This document shows, in pieces, positions 58,501 to 64,000 of a DNA stretch of 64,000 bases. Below the pieces are notes generated by a model, which saw nothing but the letters and a program-made list of their open reading frames with translations, did not search any database and had not been told where the DNA came from. The DNA is taken from NCBI GenBank assembly GCA_965202585.1, contig OZ241827.1:57970001-58034000 (forward strand), written 5' to 3'. How positions within the stretch are numbered: the stretch's first letter is position 1; every line of letters starts with the position of its first letter. This stretch comes from Thalia democratica. Lineage: Eukaryota. Position numbers and translations under genes: made by a program.

Positions 58501-59678
58501 AAGTTACACTGTATATTTCAGTTCCGTTATGAAAAGTAAAAATTAGAGCGACGGCCCACGAATACTTTTATTTTATAAATTTGGAACGTGACCACCAAAT
58601 GCCTAGCTATCCCTGACTTACTGTTTATTGAGTTAATTTTAAGAAGAAATATTCACTGAGCTTATTACTAATAGCAGAAGCATTCAATAAACAAAAGTAT
58701 TTCATGATTCTTAGAACTTTTGTCGACATTTTATATTTTCACTCTATTTTTACATCATCAGTCCCATCCACTGATGACGTAAACGAGGTTTTTGACTTTG
58801 TATCAAACAAAACGAATTCAAGCAGCTCTTACTTGAGTCATCTTAAAAAACTGTAAATATTCTACGTAATATCATCTACACATAAATTTAACAGCTATAT
58901 TTTCGATCAGTGCGTTTTACTTCCTTTTATCAAGTTCACAATTAAACCAAAACTGCAACAATTTTTATTATAGTGATCATATAAAATTAAAAAAAATAGC
59001 TTTTAAATCAGGGCAAATTGGTTTAAAAACCTTTTTTATTTTACGAAATCAAATATGTCTAAAATTTTTTTTTTATTCTAAATTATATGTAGAAATTAAT
59101 TTTAAACGTACAAGAGTGTTTATTAATTAGAAGCAAGTCAAAGAATTGAATTTAAAAATTTTAACTACTGATATCTGCATAAACACAAATGAAAAAAAAT
59201 TAAGTATGTTTGAGGTTACGTCTAATATGTATTAAGACTAAAACTAAACTACTTTTGCTCAATATTGTTGTGATGTATACTTTGAATAAGAACTCCGAGT
59301 TCTTTGAAGTATGACTTCATAACCAAAATGTTTTTTCGTACACCGGGTCTTTAGACAAAACTTTTTGAGGGTTTTTTTTTGTCGTAAACCAATAAAAATA
59401 GTTGAAGGTGCTTGTACTAATATTTTGATAAGTTAAACGGTTAAAATTTAATCTAATTCAATATAATAATTCTTGAAAATAGTATTTTTTCGGCACTGCA
59501 CAACAAAAGTGCAGAACAAATACTTTTTGTATATTTTTGAGAAAATTACAACAATACTAATTGAGCAGTTATTCAGAGTTCTTTATTTATGCAATTCTGA
59601 GAATCCTGCTACTCAAATTATTTTTTATCAAAAAGCTACCTTCACGTTAATACAGGATACAACGTTTATAGATTGACA

Positions 59679-59757
59679 ACTAGAGGCTTTTGCGGTCACG
59701 ACTGACTGAAGAGACTAGAAACGAAACTCGAGTATCAGTCTACCGAGAGCTTGTAGT
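59679..59757 (+). ncRNA. Minimal type-I hammerhead ribozyme (Penelope-like element / retrozyme type)
   Basis: GACTGA-CTGAAGA-G(ACTAGAAA)C-GAAA-C(TCGA)G-TA^-TCAGTC: intact core, 6-bp helix I extended by further pairing, 1-bp helix II, palindromic helix III loop. Confidence 0.8.
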
Positions 59758-60169
59758 CTGATGACATAAGTGGTATGACCAATCCTTTATGTTAGTTTTA
59801 TAATAATAAAAAGTCAGAAATAAGCTAAATAAGTTTATTATAAAGTAAGGTTAAATTTTGATGTTACTTTGTTCAAATCAAATAATCTAGCTTATAATTT
59901 ATACTTATGCTTAATATTTTGTTATTTTATTCTGTTTTATAAACTTATTGATTTTTTCAAAATTTTATATAAAATTTTACTAGTGTAGGTTTAGCATTTG
60001 ATAAATCAACTTATAAAAACTTTGCTAAATTTTGTATTAGTACATGTAATATAACAACAAAATACTTAAATACACAAAAACAGCTAATTTATAGTGCAAA
60101 AATAATAATAATCTATAAAGGAAGTATTTTGTTAATTAAAAATAAGATGATTTGTCAAAGTTGGAATGC

Positions 60170-60238
60170 TGAAGTATGAGTAGAAACTGTATACAAGGCA
60201 GTTTATGTTGCGCTTGACTCCTGTGCCACTTGTGTAAA
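60170..60238 (-). repeat. Dispersed repeat fragment, copy 2
   Basis: Matches 32238-32322 in the opposite orientation, with indels. Confidence 0.7.
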
Positions 60239-61893
60239 TCGATTAAAACTTTGAACCTAAATAAGTATAAGAAAATCATAATTTAACTTAAAAACAAGTT
60301 TGATAAGTCTAAAATTTAAAATTTATATAAAATTTTTCGCAACTAAGAAGTAATTTGAAAAATTTATTAAATTTATTTGATAAACATTTTAAACTTTTAG
60401 GACTTTATCAAAAAGCAGAAAAAAATTACAAAAATAAAGTTCAACACATTTAATGATACTGTTTAATTTATAACAGTTTAAAAATCTTGACATTTTCAAC
60501 AAATCTTACTTGGTTTTTTTAGCCTCAATTTTACTAAAAATTTAAGTTTTTAAGAGTAACATTGTTAACTTTACAACTTTCGCAGATTTTGTGGAATTTT
60601 TAAAAATCGAACATTTAACGTAGTCAGCAAAAACATCATTATATTATGCAAACTTTTGTAACATATAATTGTATGATTTTGAAGAAAGGGCTAAAGATAT
60701 TATTAGAATAAATTTTGCAATTCATAGCTTTTTAATAAATAAAATCTACATGAGATAAATGTATACAAGCGCTCAAAATGTTTGATCCTAAGACCTGGTG
60801 CACAAAAAAATCTTTCGTTTAACGAGTCGCACACTACTTGGATACCTTTTAACGTTTTGTACAGGGCAAGTTAGATGTGTTTAATACATCTAATTTTTAC
60901 GACACTAAAAGTGCTAAAGAGTAAATTTAAATAAATACTAAAAGCCAAAAAAGCAGTGCCTTTTTAAGCTTATAAATTAAAACAAAAGCTCTTTGTTCCT
61001 AAAGAACTCTTCATATAATACTAAAAATATAACTTTAAGTTTTAAACATCTAGAAGTTGTTCAAAACATTTTCTACCAAACAAACAAAAAAGTACACGAT
61101 GATTAAAAGTATAGTAGAACATTAATAAATTGCACGTTAAAAAGATTGAAGTTTAGATTTTGTTTAGCTTTGATTGTCAAATAAAGTTTCTTTAAAATAA
61201 GTATATAAATTATTTAATTGATATAAACAAACACTTTAAAACTTTATAATACTATTTGCAATACAAACAACAATTAAAGTTAAAAACATAGACAACATAA
61301 TAAAAATAGTACCATAATGATAGCAACAAGATTTTCTCACTTTAATTTGTTTTAACTCATTCTAATCTCTTTGTTATCAACTTTAATTTTTTTATTGTAT
61401 ACTTGATAAAAACAAAAAGACTCTTTGTTAGTTGAAGATTGGATTACTCAATTTTTGATTTACTTGCAATAATTTGAAATGCTATCAATTAACTTGTATT
61501 TCATTTTACGATTGAAAATTATGGTAATTATTAAGTTATTTTTTACTATCATTTAAAGCAACTCAAGCATATTTTATATAAATAAAATTGTTTTAAACAG
61601 AGTTAACTTTAAAATCAAGTTTTAAAGTGTTAGCAGCTTTTTTAAAATTTAGTTTAACATTTTTATACATTTGTAAGATTTAACAACTTTTTTTTTAAAC
61701 TGATTTAAAAACTTAAGTAAAAAATCGGATATTTTAGCATGTAAACAGATCAAAGGTAATATAAAAAATACCATAAGCATTACAAATGTTAAAGTTATTA
61801 ATAATTACTGGCTAATCTAATTTTTTAGAGGATGAACTATTTACAAAGCTCCTTTTGAAAAACCTAAGAAACACATGTAAAAGTAGTACTTAC

Positions 61894-62090
61894 GCATGTC
61901 CTTTAAACCAACGTCGTTATCAATTTTCAAATTGTTAAACTCTTCCGAAAGGTGGCGGTTGTCTGCATGTTTTCCCGCCAAAGTTGCAGTGAGCCGCCTG
62001 ATTTTCTTCTTGTTGCTTTTAAGTTCAAACTGTAGCTCTTCTAATTCTGAGTTCAATTTGCTGTCTGCACTACACGCATCTTGTTTCCAT
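61894..62090 (-). CDS. Coding exon of an unidentified coiled-coil protein gene: WKQDACSADSKLNSELEELQFELKSNKKKIRRLTATLAGKHADNRHLSEEFNNLKIDNDVGLKDM
   Basis: atcacag acceptor, GTAAGT donor, 197-nt open frame with heptad-like Leu spacing, GC above the flanks. Confidence 0.65.
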
Positions 62091-62532
62091 CTGTGATAGT
62101 GAAATTTAATAAAATAATTAAAAGTGTGTTGTAGTAAATAATAAACTGATAACTTACAGATATCGTTTTAGTATATTGACATAATAATCAAGTTCAGTTT
62201 TTTTTACTAAAGATAGATTTACTGATTAAAACAATGTTTTTTTTTTGTTTTGAAACAAAAAATGCTCATTGTTTTTCACATAAGTAAATTTTAAGAGTGT
62301 TTAAGACAATAGTTTAAGTTATTTTGTAACCATAATGTAAATTTTGTTGTTTTCAAATGACTGCCAGGGGGCGTTAGACGGTTGGTTCTCAAATCAACAC
62401 AATAAAACTATAACAATGTTTGTTATTGCGCTCAGTTAGGCCATAAGACCATTGATTATAAGAACTTTTTTATTATTTTCTTTTTATAAGATCTTAATGT
62501 TTATTTGCATTATTGTATTATATTGTGCTTAC

Positions 62533-62576
62533 TTCGGCCATAAGATCGTGCAAGAAGCACATAACAATTTAAGACT
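62533..62576 (-). CDS. Possible preceding exon of the same gene (SLKLLCASCTILWPK)
   Basis: ctcag acceptor; AA|GTAAGC donor in phase 2 matches exon 61894-62090. Confidence 0.3.
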
Positions 62577-64000
62577 CTGAGTAACTAGAAAGACCTATTT
62601 TGGTATTTAAGATTGTGACATTCAAACACTTTAAGAACATTTATATTTGTAGAACTTTAAGTTTATTTGTTGTGTTTATTTTCGCGGTTTTATTCTGCTG
62701 ATATATTGGCTGCTTTTTCACTTCTAATTTCATTTACATTAAAATCACATGTTCAATAAGCTCAGTTCATTAAAGAAATTATTTATATTAAGTTTGTTAC
62801 ATACTTAAAAATTACAAAGTTAAACCTGATGAGTAAGGTAAATCTAGTAAAAGCCTTAAGAGCTAAACGCGGTTTAGCACAAAAAAGGGGACTTCCCGCA
62901 ATTAAAGGTGGTTCCTACCACAGGCCCTCGAGGACTAAATTTTTTTTGTATACAACATAGAAATGCATTATGACAAACATAAAAGTAGTTATAGTTGTTT
63001 TTTATCTTATTTAAAAATTTAACTTTTAGTTTACTTTTCTGAACAAATTCAAATTTTTCTATGAAATATTTTGTTTTATGCGATATTTGTTTTTAGGGAA
63101 TAAAATTAATTTTTAGTAGTTTAGAGTTTTTCTGTCTTTTCTAATTATAGTTTTAAGACTATCTAGTTAACAAAAGTAAGTTCATTAGCGAAATACAAAT
63201 TTTCTTTTAAATCAACACCTTTTCAAAAAATATGGTTTAAGCAAGTAAAAAAATGTAAAATATTTGCTTTGATATTCCTTTAAATGTTACGTCATATTAT
63301 TCGACTTCCTATTTTTACTACTTAATTTACAGTTGTAAAGAGAAAAAAAACATTCATTCAATTTTTTTTCAATTGAATTTAGGGGATCTACTTTAATAAA
63401 GTTTTTTTAATTTTTATTACTTATAAAGTCTAAACAATCAAACCTAAAAGTTTTTAATTTTGTTTTCGTTTTTATAGGTTAGAGTTAACACGAAAAAAAG
63501 TATAACTTTGTTCATTTTTACATGTTAATTTCAGAACAATAGTTTAAAGATTTTAAGAATATTTTTATCTAAGATAGCTCTATTTAAGATTTTATTAAAA
63601 GTGTAGATGTATAATTTATTGTAATACTCAAAGAAGTTTAATACAAATTTGTATACATGTTAACATTAAATGTAATTTTAGAAATTAAAAACCAAGTTGT
63701 TGCTACGTTCAGTTTGAGTTTGTTTAAAGTTTATACAGAATAGAACATAACTGTGGTTTAGTAAGGTTTTATTTTCATTAAACTTAAAACTAGTTTTCTT
63801 CATATTATTTTAGGTTTTTTATTTTTCAGCTTTAAAGTATTATCTAATATAAAAAAATTATTAAATTCGCAACTACTCTGGTTATTTTTGTCTTATACTA
63901 ATTTGGTTTTATTTTTAAATAATTTTTGTAATTGTTTTATCAAGTACACCTTATAAGTTTTTAGGTAAAAAAATAGGTTTATTTTAGATTCAAATAAATA

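Noticed and set aside
59758-59785. Second hammerhead core (CTGATGA-CATA…TATG)
   Set aside because: The GAAA and helix III/cleavage triplet are missing. Other CTGANGA hits (e.g. ~15220, 57299, 58771, 62827) also lack the full topology.
38200-60000. Numerous 60-100-aa ORFs in the ORF track
   Set aside because: They are low-complexity F/K/L/I/N-rich frames expected in AT-rich DNA, often with GTG/TTG starts. Only the LINE fragment shows recognisable motifs.
60150-60257. Terminal exon of the coiled-coil gene after a good acceptor
   Set aside because: It overlaps a dispersed repeat also present at 32238-32322, and the phase-1 frame stops after three codons. Unsupported.
61894-62090. Identification as Homer or centlein by synteny
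   Set aside because: The similarity is only generic coiled-coil, so no gene symbol was assigned.

Overview
AT-rich animal genomic DNA. It is probably an invertebrate chordate such as an ascidian; that is an inference from intron style, composition and gene content. Positions ~2,014-37,864 hold a minus-strand ADAMTSL1/3 (punctin / madd-4 family) gene that I reconstructed by hand as 33 GT-AG exons (~1,719 codons): signal peptide, TSR1, Cys-rich module, spacer, TSR2-9, four Ig domains and TSR10-13. No terminal PLAC exon was found in the window. All exon phases close except exon 17, where a one-base deficit shifts the frame. The 11-kb intron 17 carries a candidate internal first exon with a signal-peptide-like start and a 34-nt microexon, suggesting a MADD-4S-like short isoform. 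Coding exons are unusually rich in RFX X-box and CRE palindromes. Upstream (38-64 kb) lie GC/CpG-rich non-coding islands, a decayed CR1/L2-type LINE, a foldback/MULE-like element with a 9-bp TSD, a complete minimal type-I hammerhead ribozyme (59,679-59,757) and a coiled-coil exon of an unidentified neighbouring minus-strand gene. All calls are manual; no database searches were run.
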